Assembly (NCBI GenBank): GCA_965203295.1
Contig: CBDBCZ010000019.1
Coordinates: 704,001 to 768,000 of the forward strand
Origin: Nitrospirales bacterium
GTDB lineage: Bacteria; Nitrospirota; Nitrospiria; Nitrospirales; UBA8639
Direction: 5' to 3'
Length of the DNA stretch: 64,000 nt
Made by a program: the position numbers and the translations under genes. Positions 9,870 through 19,861 of this stretch are shown here, piece by piece; within the stretch, counting starts at the first letter, position 1; every line of letters begins with the position of its first letter. The notes beneath the pieces are model-generated. The model saw only the letters and a list, made by a program, of their open reading frames with translations. It searched no databases and had not been told where the DNA came from.

Positions 9870-10334
9870 TTACGGCTGGAGTTCTTTTTGAATTCGCCGA
9901 CGGGCCTCTTCGTCAAGGGGTGGAGGTGGGTCACTGGGGGGAAGGGGTGTGTGCGCCACCCACCGGCCGAGTTCTCGAATCAGCAAAATTCCTCCGCCTA
10001 CGAGCAACAAGAATGGGGCGAGCCATATCAGCCAATTGATCCCCTGTTTCGGGGGTTCCATTAAAATGTAATCGCCGTATCGGCTTAAAAAGTACGTCCG
10101 AATTTCTTCAGCCGATTGTCCTTGTTTCACTCGCTCCCGAACGACCTCTCGCATTTGCTGAGCCAAGGGAGCGCCAGATTCCCAAATGTTTTCAGTCTGG
10201 CACACCGTACATCGGAGTGTTTTAGAAATCTCTCTTGTTTTGACGTCAATCTCTTTTTCATCAATGGTGGCAGCAAGGGAGGGACAAGCAAGAACAAAGA
10301 AGATGATCAAACTCGTGAGGCAGATGTTGCGCAT
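9870..10334 (-). CDS. ccmH: Cytochrome c maturation protein CcmH/CycL
   Basis: LRCTVCQ motif, RYGDYILMEPP; start coupled to ccmG stop (TAATG). Confidence 0.93.
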   Translation of the reverse strand: MRNICLTSLIIFFVLACPSLAATIDEKEIDVKTREISKTLRCTVCQTENIWESGAPLAQQMREVVRERVKQGQSAEEIRTYFLSRYGDYILMEPPKQGINWLIWLAPFLLLVGGGILLIRELGRWVAHTPLPPSDPPPPLDEEARRRIQKELQP

Positions 10335-10888
10335 TACGTTGACGTGGGGGCTGAATGAAGAAGAGGGGCAATGATCTTTTGGGTCAGATTCGTATACACA
10401 CCCCCGACAATAGGGCCCACCCATTTATGTTGGATAATGCCTTTTTGATCGATCACAAATGTTTCGGGCACGCCATATACACCATAATCAATAGCAAGGG
10501 TCCCCTTGACATCTCGAACATGACGGAAGGTAGATCCATACTGCTTTAAATAGGCTTGTGCTTTGTCGATTTCGTCTTGGTAGTTGACACCGAGCATGAT
10601 GAATTGGGGGTTGTCTTTGAATGTCTCATGAAGTCGGAGAATGTTTTGATGCTCAACTTTACATTCATAGCACCAGGAAGCCCAAAAATTCAGGAGGATC
10701 ACTTTACCCTGCAGTTGATCAAAGGAAATCGTCTCACCTGATTCGACGTCCGGACCTTCAAAGGATGGGGCTTGGGTGCCGATCAGGACTGTGGGAATAT
10801 GGCGAGGATCGCCCCAGAGACCTTGGTAAAACAGAATCAGTAATCCCAGGAGAAGGATGACAATCGTGAATTGAATTCTTGGATTCAT
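10334..10888 (-). CDS. ccmG: CcmG/DsbE thiol-disulfide oxidoreductase
   Basis: LNFWASWCYEC, YGVYGVPETF. Confidence 0.9.
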   Translation of the reverse strand: MNPRIQFTIVILLLGLLILFYQGLWGDPRHIPTVLIGTQAPSFEGPDVESGETISFDQLQGKVILLNFWASWCYECKVEHQNILRLHETFKDNPQFIMLGVNYQDEIDKAQAYLKQYGSTFRHVRDVKGTLAIDYGVYGVPETFVIDQKGIIQHKWVGPIVGGVYTNLTQKIIAPLLHSAPTST

Positions 10889-10902
10889 GGTTTTCGATTA
10901 AC

Positions 10903-11004
10903 TAGTTTGTGTGAAAAACTCTCAATTTCCCCGAGGCGTACTGAAGAGTACGTTGAGGGGTTTGAGCAACGACAACGCCGTTGGCGGACTTTTTCAACAT
11001 CCTA
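10903..11004. repeat. ~100 bp MITE-like element between ccmF and ccmG
   Basis: Imperfect terminal inverted repeats TAG..TGTGAAAAA / TTTTTCAACA..CTA, internal CGTAC-N6-GTACG hairpin. Confidence 0.55.
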
Positions 11005-12954
11005 TTAATCAGCGTGTTTGCGGGGCCGGAATATATTGAGCAGTACCCCCAATCCCATGATGCCGCCTCCTCCCCATACCCATAAAATTAATGGGTTGAG
11101 CACTCCTCGGGCCACGGCGACACCCTCAGGAGAAACATCCGGCATCGTCAAAAAAATATGCCCCATATTAATGGAATGGATAGCCGACTCCGTTGTAGGA
11201 GTTTGGGACTCAGTATAGATCCGTTTTTGTGGTCGCAATTCCGTCACCAATTGATCATCACGGAAGACCTGGAATACCCCCTCCTGGGCTATCCAATTCG
11301 GCCCCTCGACTTCGTGAATTTTTAAGAGTTTGACCCGATAGTCCTTCAACGGAAAATCATCCCCAACCCGAAGAGAGACCATTTTTTCAGTTTGATAGAT
11401 CGTAGAGGCAATGATCCCAATGACGAGAACCAGCACGCCGATATGTGTGACTAACCCTGCATATCGGCGTTGATTACTGGTAAATCCATTCAGAAATCCT
11501 TTCAGGATGTTCACGTGGTTACGTTTTGAATACAGAGAGGAGATTTTGCCAAAATCTACGAAGGTCGCGGTTCCGGCAAATCCCATCACAAAGGCTCCAG
11601 CCAGAGCATAAATGCTTCGAATCCCTAGTCCAAATAAAACAGCTACCGTTGTCAGGCCCATAAGAATAGGCAAGAGGAAATTTTTCTTGAGGCTCGTCAA
11701 TGAAGCTTTCCGCCAGGGAATATAGGGGCCCACTCCCATGAGAAAGAGCAACCCAAGGGCGACCGGCATGAATACCGCATTGTAATACGGCGGGCCTACT
11801 GTCACTTTTGCGCCTTTCCAGGTTTCGATCATGAGAGGGTACAAGGTGCCCAAAAAGACCGTGGCAGCAGCCACGAGAAAGAAGAGATTGTTAAAGAGGA
11901 AGACCGACTCTCGGGAAATAATGGAGTCGAGTTCGATCGAACTTTTCAATTTATTGGCACGCATAATCAGGGTACCGAATGAAATCACAATCATGGCCGT
12001 GATAAAAAAGAGGATAAACATCCCTCGCTCAGGGTCTGTGGCAAAGGTATGGACTGATGTCAGCACTCCGCTCCGCACGAGGAACGTGCCGATTAACGAG
12101 AGAGAAAATGTCACAATGATTAAAAACAAGTTCCAGACTTTGAACATTTTCCGTTTTTCCTGGACCATCACTGAATGCAAAAAAGCTGTTCCCACAAGCC
12201 AGGGCATGAAGGAGGCGTTTTCCACGGGGTCCCAACCCCAATATCCACCCCACCCCAATTCATAATAGGCCCAATACCCACCCATCATGATACCGGTGGT
12301 CAAACATAGCCAGGCGAACACCGTCCACCGCTGGGTGACCTTAATCCATTCTTCTCCTAACCGCCCAGAAAACAACGCGGCCATGGCAAAGGAAAACGGA
12401 ATAGAAAATCCCACATACCCCATATACAGCATTGGCGGATGCATCACCATCGCAGGATCTTGCAGGAGCGGGTTTAGGTCTTTTCCATCCAGAGGAACTG
12501 GGATCAGACGTTCGAAAGGGCTGGACAAAAAAATGATCAGAGCTAGAAAGCCGAAGATGATCAGGGATTCGACTCCAATCACATATGGCATGATGGCCGG
12601 CTGGGTTCGCCAGTGAAGCCAAATAGCAACGGTGCTGAAGGCTGATAGAATAAACACCCACAAGAGGAGGGAGCCTTCGTGTCCGCCCCAGACGGCAGCG
12701 ATGGTGTAAAAGAGGGGGAGTTTGGAATTCGAAGTGGCTGCGACATAATGAACAGAAAAGTCATGAACCAAAAATGAGTAGACGAGGGACAACATCCCTA
12801 TAGACAACAGCACAAAGATACACGTGAGAGACATGCGACCGACCCTTACCCAATCTCCGTTTTTAGTGCGGAGTCCCCAAAAAGAAGAGATCATGCCAAG
12901 GACGGAAAGGACGAAGGCGATGATTACTGCAAAATGACCAATTTCAATAATCAT
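11005..12954 (-). CDS. ccmF: Cytochrome c heme lyase CcmF
   Basis: WGGHEGSLLLW, LNPLLQD..HPP, WAYYELGWGGYWGWDPVENAS. Confidence 0.97.
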   Translation of the reverse strand: MIIEIGHFAVIIAFVLSVLGMISSFWGLRTKNGDWVRVGRMSLTCIFVLLSIGMLSLVYSFLVHDFSVHYVAATSNSKLPLFYTIAAVWGGHEGSLLLWVFILSAFSTVAIWLHWRTQPAIMPYVIGVESLIIFGFLALIIFLSSPFERLIPVPLDGKDLNPLLQDPAMVMHPPMLYMGYVGFSIPFSFAMAALFSGRLGEEWIKVTQRWTVFAWLCLTTGIMMGGYWAYYELGWGGYWGWDPVENASFMPWLVGTAFLHSVMVQEKRKMFKVWNLFLIIVTFSLSLIGTFLVRSGVLTSVHTFATDPERGMFILFFITAMIVISFGTLIMRANKLKSSIELDSIISRESVFLFNNLFFLVAAATVFLGTLYPLMIETWKGAKVTVGPPYYNAVFMPVALGLLFLMGVGPYIPWRKASLTSLKKNFLLPILMGLTTVAVLFGLGIRSIYALAGAFVMGFAGTATFVDFGKISSLYSKRNHVNILKGFLNGFTSNQRRYAGLVTHIGVLVLVIGIIASTIYQTEKMVSLRVGDDFPLKDYRVKLLKIHEVEGPNWIAQEGVFQVFRDDQLVTELRPQKRIYTESQTPTTESAIHSINMGHIFLTMPDVSPEGVAVARGVLNPLILWVWGGGGIMGLGVLLNIFRPRKHAD

Positions 12955-12965
12955 GAATGACTCAA

Positions 12966-13430
12966 TTAGGAACTTTCAGGAGCGAGCGTCTTCAAAAAAT
13001 CTTTTCGAGGCAGATTGACACCAGCCCGTTTCAACTCTATGGGCATATAGTCTTCCGAATGTTTCGCCATGATGAGATGTGAGTGAAACATATGCTGTTC
13101 GGTCCAATACCCCTCGACGACAGCCCCTTGTCCCTCCTTGAATAAATCTGGAGGGATACCCTCAAATGTGACTGGAATGGTGACAGCGCCATCGGTCAAT
13201 TCAAAGTTCAACCCCACTGTATCAGAATGGTTTTGTAAGCTTCCTTTGACGACCATCCCTCCGACCCTCACCTTCTTTTGGTAATGGTCTTGGGTAAAGG
13301 CTTTGACTTCCGAGGGAGTGAAGAAATAGACGAGGTTTTCTCCAAAATTTCCCAAGGCAAGATAACCGAGCGCTCCAGCTACCAGGAGCAAGCTGATCAC
13401 GATTCCGATTTTTTTACGCTGTGTCGACAT
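12966..13430 (-). CDS. ccmE: Heme chaperone CcmE
   Basis: NLVYFFTPSE, VRVGGMV, PDLFKEGQG, AKHSEDY (HxxxY). Confidence 0.95.
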   Translation of the reverse strand: MSTQRKKIGIVISLLLVAGALGYLALGNFGENLVYFFTPSEVKAFTQDHYQKKVRVGGMVVKGSLQNHSDTVGLNFELTDGAVTIPVTFEGIPPDLFKEGQGAVVEGYWTEQHMFHSHLIMAKHSEDYMPIELKRAGVNLPRKDFLKTLAPESS

Positions 13431-13923
13431 GGTCTTCCCATTCGGACTGGTACAACTTTGAGGCTTTGATTTCTTCGTATAACAGGCTGACCTTTCGTCC
13501 CATCGCAAAGACGAACAGGGCGAGAGGAAGAAGGCCAATCACATAGGCGCTGATGACGAATCCGTAATTGGTCACCAAGGCGAGTTCATGAGACTGAAAC
13601 ATTCGATTTTGCGAGTCCCACCGACCAACTGCAATAAGCTTCTTTAATTCTCTCAGATTTTCCGGCGTCGGGCCTTGGTATGTAACGGGCAAACTTCCTT
13701 GATCATACGATAAGATAAATTGGGCTTGCCCTGCTTCAACCTGTCCCTCTAGCGACCCCCCTTGGACCAGACCCAACACTCGAATGGTTCCTGTTGGCGA
13801 AGCCGTCAAGACCTGTTGGGGGCTCATGGTGGCTAAATTCTTTTGGTAATGTTGATACGTCAGGCATACGATTCCTGTCGCGACGATGAGCAATGCCCCC
13901 CACTGCAAGTAAAATATTTTCAT
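13414..13923 (-). CDS. CcmE-like OB-fold protein lacking HxxxY, with CcmD-like C-terminal helix
   Basis: IRVLGLV..GS, VTYQG..PENL, VGRW..F.S..L resemble CcmE; followed by NYGFVISAYVIGLLPLALF; sits in the ccmD position. Confidence 0.65.
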   Translation of the reverse strand: MKIFYLQWGALLIVATGIVCLTYQHYQKNLATMSPQQVLTASPTGTIRVLGLVQGGSLEGQVEAGQAQFILSYDQGSLPVTYQGPTPENLRELKKLIAVGRWDSQNRMFQSHELALVTNYGFVISAYVIGLLPLALFVFAMGRKVSLLYEEIKASKLYQSEWEDHVDTA

Positions 13924-14645
13924 GATTCAACTTTGGACAGATGAAACTGACTTAACAGCCGGCCTTTTTTTGCGTCCAGGAGATTAGTCAAATAGAGGAG
14001 TTGTGTGCGGACCATGAGCATATACGCAAACAGGAGGGACATCCCAATGCTCATGGTCAACAGAGGCGTCAAGAGACCTGAAGAAATGCTCATTCCTCGC
14101 ATCGAAATGGATTGAGGTTGATGAAGGGTCCGCCACCATTCCACGGAAAAATGGATGATCGGAAGGTCCACAAACCCAACAATGGCGAGAATAGCGGCAT
14201 ATCGGGCCTCCCGTTCCGGATCATCCACAAAGGTTCGGAGCATTAAATAACCGATAATGATTAACAGCATAACCGTAAAGGATGTCAATCGAGCATCCCA
14301 GGTCCACCACGTATTCCAGGTAGGTTTTCCCCATATCATGCCCGTAAAGAGGGCCATGGTTGTAAAGAGTGCCGTTAAGCCCGCGGCAGCATGACATATA
14401 TTGTCGATCAGAGGGTCTCGCTTCCACAAATACCAGATACTCCCAGCAAACAGGACGGTGTAAGCGAATAATGAGGTATGGGCGAGCGGCACGTGAACAT
14501 ACATGATTCGGACCACTTCGCCTTGATAATAGTCAGGAGGTGAGGCAATGAGACCAAGATAGAGGCCGGCGACAAAACAGATCGCGGCGCACCCCCCAAA
14601 CCAGCCTTTATACCGTTGAATTCGGCGTATGACCTTATTCAGCAT
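13920..14645 (-). CDS. ccmC: Heme exporter CcmC
   Basis: RIMYVHVP, WGKPTWNTWWTWDARLTS, SVEWWRTLHQ. Confidence 0.97.
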   Translation of the reverse strand: MLNKVIRRIQRYKGWFGGCAAICFVAGLYLGLIASPPDYYQGEVVRIMYVHVPLAHTSLFAYTVLFAGSIWYLWKRDPLIDNICHAAAGLTALFTTMALFTGMIWGKPTWNTWWTWDARLTSFTVMLLIIIGYLMLRTFVDDPEREARYAAILAIVGFVDLPIIHFSVEWWRTLHQPQSISMRGMSISSGLLTPLLTMSIGMSLLFAYMLMVRTQLLYLTNLLDAKKGRLLSQFHLSKVES

Positions 14646-14651
14646 AGGGAG

Positions 14652-15335
14652 TTAGGTGTCCATAATGAATTCAAACATCCAAAACGACACAACCGTAAAC
14701 ACCACATTAAAAATCACGAGCAATTCCAGCCATTGACTATACAGGGGAAAAGGGTCCCCACTCAGGGCACCTTTTGTTGCTTCCACGGCAGCGATCATGA
14801 CTGGAACCACGAGTGGAAGGAGAAGGATCGGCAGCATGACCTCTCGAGCTCGAATCTGAACCGTTAAAGCAGAGAAGAGCGTTCCCACCGCAGAGAGACC
14901 AAACGTGGCTATAAAAAATATTAACAAAAGGATGGGAATTTCTTCAACGATATCAAGGTTAAATAAAATAATGAACATGGGGAACAGAATAACTTCTACG
15001 GTAAACATAAAAAGAAAATTCGCGGCAACTTTCCCAAGGTAGATCGCCCCCTTGGATAAGGGACTGACTTGCAGCGATTCCAAGCAGTCGTTTTGCAATT
15101 CAGCGGAAAAGGATTTGCCCAATCCGATGATCCCTGTGAAGGCAAAGGCCACCCAAATAATGCCAGCAATCAATTCTCTAGCGGCTTGTTGATCCATAGA
15201 AAAGCTGAAACTAAAGACCAAAATAACAATCAAGGCAAAAAAGAACATGGAGGAGATGGTCTCCCGGCTCCGGACCTCACATAAGAGATCTTTCCAGACG
15301 ATCCATTGAATTGCCTTCAAAAACACCATGGTCAA
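14652..15335 (-). CDS. ccmB: Heme exporter CcmB
   Basis: KDL..EVR, IYLGK, LPILLLPLVVPV; position in cluster. Confidence 0.93.
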   Translation of the reverse strand: MTMVFLKAIQWIVWKDLLCEVRSRETISSMFFFALIVILVFSFSFSMDQQAARELIAGIIWVAFAFTGIIGLGKSFSAELQNDCLESLQVSPLSKGAIYLGKVAANFLFMFTVEVILFPMFIILFNLDIVEEIPILLLIFFIATFGLSAVGTLFSALTVQIRAREVMLPILLLPLVVPVMIAAVEATKGALSGDPFPLYSQWLELLVIFNVVFTVVSFWMFEFIMDT

Positions 15336-15352
15336 GGGTTAGAATTAAATAG

Positions 15353-16000
15353 TTACAGAGTGATGGGGTGAAGTACCCCCTGCCGCAGATGGCCAGCTCT
15401 ATGCGTGATCCCAGCGGCTTTTTCGCGATTGTGTGTCGAGAGGAGCACGGTGCCTCCTTTGTGAACAGTATCCAAAATGAACCGTTGCAGAATCTCCGTC
15501 CCTGTCTCGTCTAAAGAGCTAAATGGTTCATCCAATAGGAGAATTTTTGGATCGGCGAGCATGATTTTGGCTAACGTCAGGCGTTTTTTCATCCCTGCGG
15601 AATAATGTCGGGTTTTCATGTCGGTAAAAGCCCCAATTCCAACTTTGTCGAAAGCGAATTTGATTTCATGGTCCGATGGGGTGAGCCCCCGCAAGGCCAG
15701 GGAAAATCGTACATTTTCAAGGGCGTTCAGGTCATCATAGAGATGGGCACCATGCGCAAGGAACATAAGATCAGAACGGATGACCTGTTTCTCGTTCGTC
15801 CCATCGTATCCCAAAATTTCGAAACGTCCTCCTGTTGGCCGATAGAGGGTTGCGAGGATTCTCAGTAAGGTCGTCTTCCCTGAACCATTGGGACCAAACA
15901 GGGCATAGCATTCACCTGAGGCGATCTCGAGGTTCACCTCTTGGAGCACGTGATAATGCCCATAGGCTTTACTGAGTTGCATGGCGTTAATCGCAATCAT
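15353..16000 (-). CDS. ccmA: Heme ABC exporter ATPase CcmA
   Basis: GPNGSGKTT, YSAGMKKR, LLLDEP; likely start MIAINA at 16000. Confidence 0.92.
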   Translation of the reverse strand: MIAINAMQLSKAYGHYHVLQEVNLEIASGECYALFGPNGSGKTTLLRILATLYRPTGGRFEILGYDGTNEKQVIRSDLMFLAHGAHLYDDLNALENVRFSLALRGLTPSDHEIKFAFDKVGIGAFTDMKTRHYSAGMKKRLTLAKIMLADPKILLLDEPFSSLDETGTEILQRFILDTVHKGGTVLLSTHNREKAAGITHRAGHLRQGVLHPITL

Positions 16001-16245
16001 GAGAGGGTCGTCGTCGGTAAGGTACGAGGGCGATGGGAGGATACTAATGTTGAATGGTCCGAAATGGGATGCGTTTGAGCACCTTCCAAATTTGAGGGAA
16101 AAAGAGATCTTGCCGATATTCAAACAGAAATGCCATTTTTTCAGGAATGTCGACCCTAGCTATAAGGATACTGGATGAAGTTAGACTCTGTCTAGGACAA
16201 CAGATTTGGCCATGGACAGGGAACGGTGGCCATTAACATTTCTTA

Positions 16246-16995
16246 GTGAGACGTACATTGACGGGATCGAGAAACCCCGAATATGATGATAGAGAAGTAG
16301 GCCTTCTGATGAAACCGAACAATCCAAGTTTTTTGAATCAGGTAGTTGCAAATGACCGACAGCTCAAGAGACGCAGGCTCTCCGGAAGTTGGTGTTCTGG
16401 TCAAGAGGGGAGGCGTCGTCTCTTGCTTCGAACTCTTGGCCAAGTGTTTCTGATCGTCGTGTTTCTCGTGGGGATTGGGTGTGACTCCGGTTTTACGGAT
16501 TCGTCAGAACCCACGAGCCAAACGGTTGGGCAACGTTGGGCGAGACCGCAGATTGGTGATCTTGCAACCTCGTTTTCATTAGGTGATAGTCAGGGAAATA
16601 TTATTTCACTCTCGGATTATAAAGGGAAAGTGGTTCTCTTGAATTTCTGGGCTACATGGTGTGGTCCATGCCGCGTTGAAATGCCTAATATGGAAGCCAC
16701 CTATCGGAATCTTAAAAATGAGGGTTTTGAAATTGTGGCCATTTCGAATGATCCAGAAGGCGTGGCTGTCACCAAACCCTTTGTTGAAGCCTATGGTCTC
16801 TCTTTTGCCATTTTGCATGACTTGGACTATCGTGTCAGTGTCAGTTATGGGGTGAGGACGCTTCCCATGAGTTATTTGGTTGATCGCAAGGGAATCATTC
16901 GGCATCAAATCTTCGGAGCCAGGGATTGGAAAAGCCCTGAAGCTGAAAAATTGATTCATCTATTACTGAATGAAGGTGCCGCAAGATATGACTGA
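16246..16995 (+). CDS. TlpA/ResA-like thioredoxin (start uncertain, probably downstream)
   Basis: LNFWATWCGPCRVEMP; lipobox-like LVGIGC. Confidence 0.85.
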   Translation: MRRTLTGSRNPEYDDREVGLLMKPNNPSFLNQVVANDRQLKRRRLSGSWCSGQEGRRRLLLRTLGQVFLIVVFLVGIGCDSGFTDSSEPTSQTVGQRWARPQIGDLATSFSLGDSQGNIISLSDYKGKVVLLNFWATWCGPCRVEMPNMEATYRNLKNEGFEIVAISNDPEGVAVTKPFVEAYGLSFAILHDLDYRVSVSYGVRTLPMSYLVDRKGIIRHQIFGARDWKSPEAEKLIHLLLNEGAARYD

Positions 16996-17737
16996 CTCGT
17001 TGAGCCAAATTTCTATTTTCGCAGCCTTTAGTGCCGGCTTACTCTCTTTCGTCTCGCCTTGTGTGTTGCCGCTTGTTCCTTCCTATGTCTCGTACATCAC
17101 GGGGTTGTCCGTTGAGCAGTTGACAGATGCGGGGGAGCGTCAACGATTTCGAAGATCGATTATTATCAACTCGCTGTTATTTATTGCGGGGTTTTCGTCG
17201 GTGTTTATTGCCTTTGGGGCATCGGCGAGTTTTTTGGGCCAGATTTTGTATCAGTATCAAGATATGGTTCGAAAGATTGGAGGAGTCTTGATGGTCTTGT
17301 TCGGGCTCTACCTCCTCGGCGTTTTTAAAATGAATTTTCTCATGAGAGAACGTCGTCTCATCCATTTTGGAAATCGACCAGTGGGCTATGTAGGATCTTT
17401 TGTGATCGGAACCGCTTTTGCCGCAGGCTGGACTCCTTGTGTTGGACCAATTCTTGGGTCGATTCTCTTCTATGCTAGCACAACGGAATCCATGCAATCA
17501 GGGGTTGTCCTTTTGGCTTCGTATTCGGCAGGGCTAGGGCTTCCGCTTTTCCTCACGGCTTTCAGCGTGGATAGTTTTCTGACGTATTTCAAGAAAGCCA
17601 GGGCGTATGTATGGGGCGTCTCCGTCGTAAGTGGGGGTTGTTTGGTTCTCGTGGGCATGATGATTTATGTTGATTCCTTGACCCTGATGACCAGCTTTCT
17701 AGAGAGAAATGGGATTGGCTGGTATATTGGTCAATGA
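16988..17737 (+). CDS. ccdA: Cytochrome c biogenesis protein CcdA
   Basis: SFVSPCVLPLVPSY and GWTPCVGPIL. Confidence 0.93.
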   Translation: MTDSLSQISIFAAFSAGLLSFVSPCVLPLVPSYVSYITGLSVEQLTDAGERQRFRRSIIINSLLFIAGFSSVFIAFGASASFLGQILYQYQDMVRKIGGVLMVLFGLYLLGVFKMNFLMRERRLIHFGNRPVGYVGSFVIGTAFAAGWTPCVGPILGSILFYASTTESMQSGVVLLASYSAGLGLPLFLTAFSVDSFLTYFKKARAYVWGVSVVSGGCLVLVGMMIYVDSLTLMTSFLERNGIGWYIGQ

Positions 17738-17789
17738 TCTTTTAGTGAATAGATATTTCACGGCTAACCGCTGCTTTTCGAACCTGAAC

Positions 17790-17939
17790 TCACTCAAACC
17801 AACCCAGAGATAATTCCAACCGTGTGCCGAGGATCAAGACATTGTCTTCTGTGGGGTCGGTATCGGGGTTGATGACGTATTGCACATCAGGCTGAATGAT
17901 AAGTTCTGATGTTAAAGCGAAAGCGTGAGTCCACTCGGT
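17790..17939 (-). pseudogene. 3' remnant of OprB-like carbohydrate porin
   Basis: Manual translation EWTHAFALTSELIIQPDVQYVINPDTDPTEDNVLILGTRLELSLGWFE*; 5' part missing, abuts IS3-type ends. Confidence 0.6.
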
Positions 17940-17991
17940 AGTGGGTCAGTTTGAGCTAGCCCGGTTTACGTGGACATCTTCAAAAGGGGAC

Positions 17992-19022
17992 TGAACTTGC
18001 TTCGTTTGCGTGGACACTCAGCCTAGTTTTGCCATCTGTTGCTCATAGTCTGTTGGGCTGATATTTCCTAGGTGTTGATGACGTCTCGCCCGATTATAAA
18101 ACACCTCAATATAATCGAATAATTCGGCTCGCGCGACTTCACAGGTTTTGAAGATGTGGCGACGGATTTTCTCCTTCTTCAAGCTCTCGAAGAAGGACTC
18201 GACCGGCGCGTTATCATAACAGTTGCCTCGGCGACTCATGCTGGGGAGCAACGCATGTGTCTGGCAGAATCGAGTCCAGTCATCGCTGCTGAACTGCGAC
18301 CTCTGATCCGAATGGATAATGGATAATGACGTTCTGCTTGGGCTTGCGTCGCCAGACGGCCATCAGTAAGGCATCCAGCACAATTTCTTTGGCCAGGGTG
18401 GCCTTCATCGACCAGCCGATGATCCGGTGTGAGTAGAGATCCATCACTACCGCCAGATAGAGCCACCCTTCGTAGGTCCGAATATAGGTGATGTCGGTCG
18501 CCCACACATGATCCGGCCGGTCGATCGCAAACTGTTGCTCCAAGCGATTCGGGGCAGCCACCGCCGGCTTGGTATAACGCACGCCGGGTGGCTTATACCC
18601 TCGCTGGGCGAGGATCTTATGGCGCCTCATCAGCTTGGCAATCCGGTTCTTGCCCACACATTCCCCCACTTCTCGCAGATCGCAAAGAATGCGGGGGGCA
18701 CCATAGGTGCGGCCATTCGCCTCATGCTCTTCCTGAGCTCGACTGAGTTCCGCCTTCAGCTTCAGGGTCTCGCGCCGCACCTCTTTGAGTTCGGCTTCAT
18801 ACCGATCGGTGGTGTTGGGGGCATACACCTTGACCCACTTGTACAGACTTTGCACCGAAATCCCCAAGCGTTTCGCGACATCGCCCACGGCGTACCCCCG
18901 CTCGATGACCTGCTTGACCGCTTCTTCTTTGAACTCGTCTGCAAATTTCCCTTTGGTCATACCGGGTCCTCCTCTGCTTTAATTTTAAGCTTAGGAGTGT
19001 CCACCGATTCAGAGCAAGTCCA
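17992..19022 (-). mobile_element. Decayed IS3-family insertion sequence
   Basis: Ends TGAACTTGC..GTGGACAC / GTGTCCAC..GCAAGTCCA; OrfA HTH, WATDITYI, SMSRRGNCYDNAPVESFF; internal deletion joins orfA to orfB; 7 bp duplication at 18311-18324 frameshifts the DDE region. Confidence 0.92.
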
Positions 19023-19243
19023 TTTTAGAGTTTCGGGTTTGAGGGAGACTGGCTGAGAAAGTGCTGGATGTTTACTTGAGAAACGGATTCAGTTTATCTT
19101 ACTAAGCCGTTTTTGGAAAATTCAGCATAGTATGTGAATTCTGTATGTTCCCTTCCTCCTAAAAAAAGCTGAGAGAGAATGCTTCATATCCGAGGAAGTG
19201 CCATAGGAAGAGTTGACGTTTCAGTCATTAAACAGGTTCATCA

Positions 19244-19861
19244 ATGGAGGTAGCCTCAGCACATTCTTTCATCGCCTGCCACGAGTGCGATCTACTGCAT
19301 CGCCGACATTTGTTGCGGTACGGTGAAAAGGCCAAGTGCTCGCGCTGCGCGGCAATGCTGTACCAGAAGAAACGGGACAGTGTTCAACGCACAGCGATAC
19401 TCTCGCTGACAGCTCTTATTTTATTCGTCTTGGCTAATGTCTATCCCTTCATGACTTTTAAGCTCCAAGGCCGAGTTCAAGAGAGTCAACTCATCACAGG
19501 AGTGATAGAGCTGTATATTCAGGGTTTTTGGATCCTTTCAGTGTTCGTCTTGGGAGCGAGCATCTTGTTTCCCTTCATAAGAATTGTGGGATTGCTTTAC
19601 GTTCTCTGGCCTTTGAAATCTAATCGCCGACTCTGGAAAGCGGTGCCTCTATTCCGTTTCCTCGAGGCCATGCGCGAATGGGCTATGATGGAAGTGTATA
19701 TGCTTGGGGTGCTTGTGGCCTATACCAAGCTGATCGATATGGCCACCATTGTTTTTGGGGTGGCGCTGTATTCCTTTGTGGCTCTTATCGTGATTGTTGC
19801 CGCGATTGGGGCAACGCTAGACCCTGAGGAGGTCTGGGAGAGGTTGGAAACTGCCCGATGA
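19244..19861 (+). CDS. pqiA: Paraquat-inducible protein A (N-terminal half type)
   Basis: CHECD, CSRC, WAMMEVYMLG. Confidence 0.9.
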   Translation: MEVASAHSFIACHECDLLHRRHLLRYGEKAKCSRCAAMLYQKKRDSVQRTAILSLTALILFVLANVYPFMTFKLQGRVQESQLITGVIELYIQGFWILSVFVLGASILFPFIRIVGLLYVLWPLKSNRRLWKAVPLFRFLEAMREWAMMEVYMLGVLVAYTKLIDMATIVFGVALYSFVALIVIVAAIGATLDPEEVWERLETAR

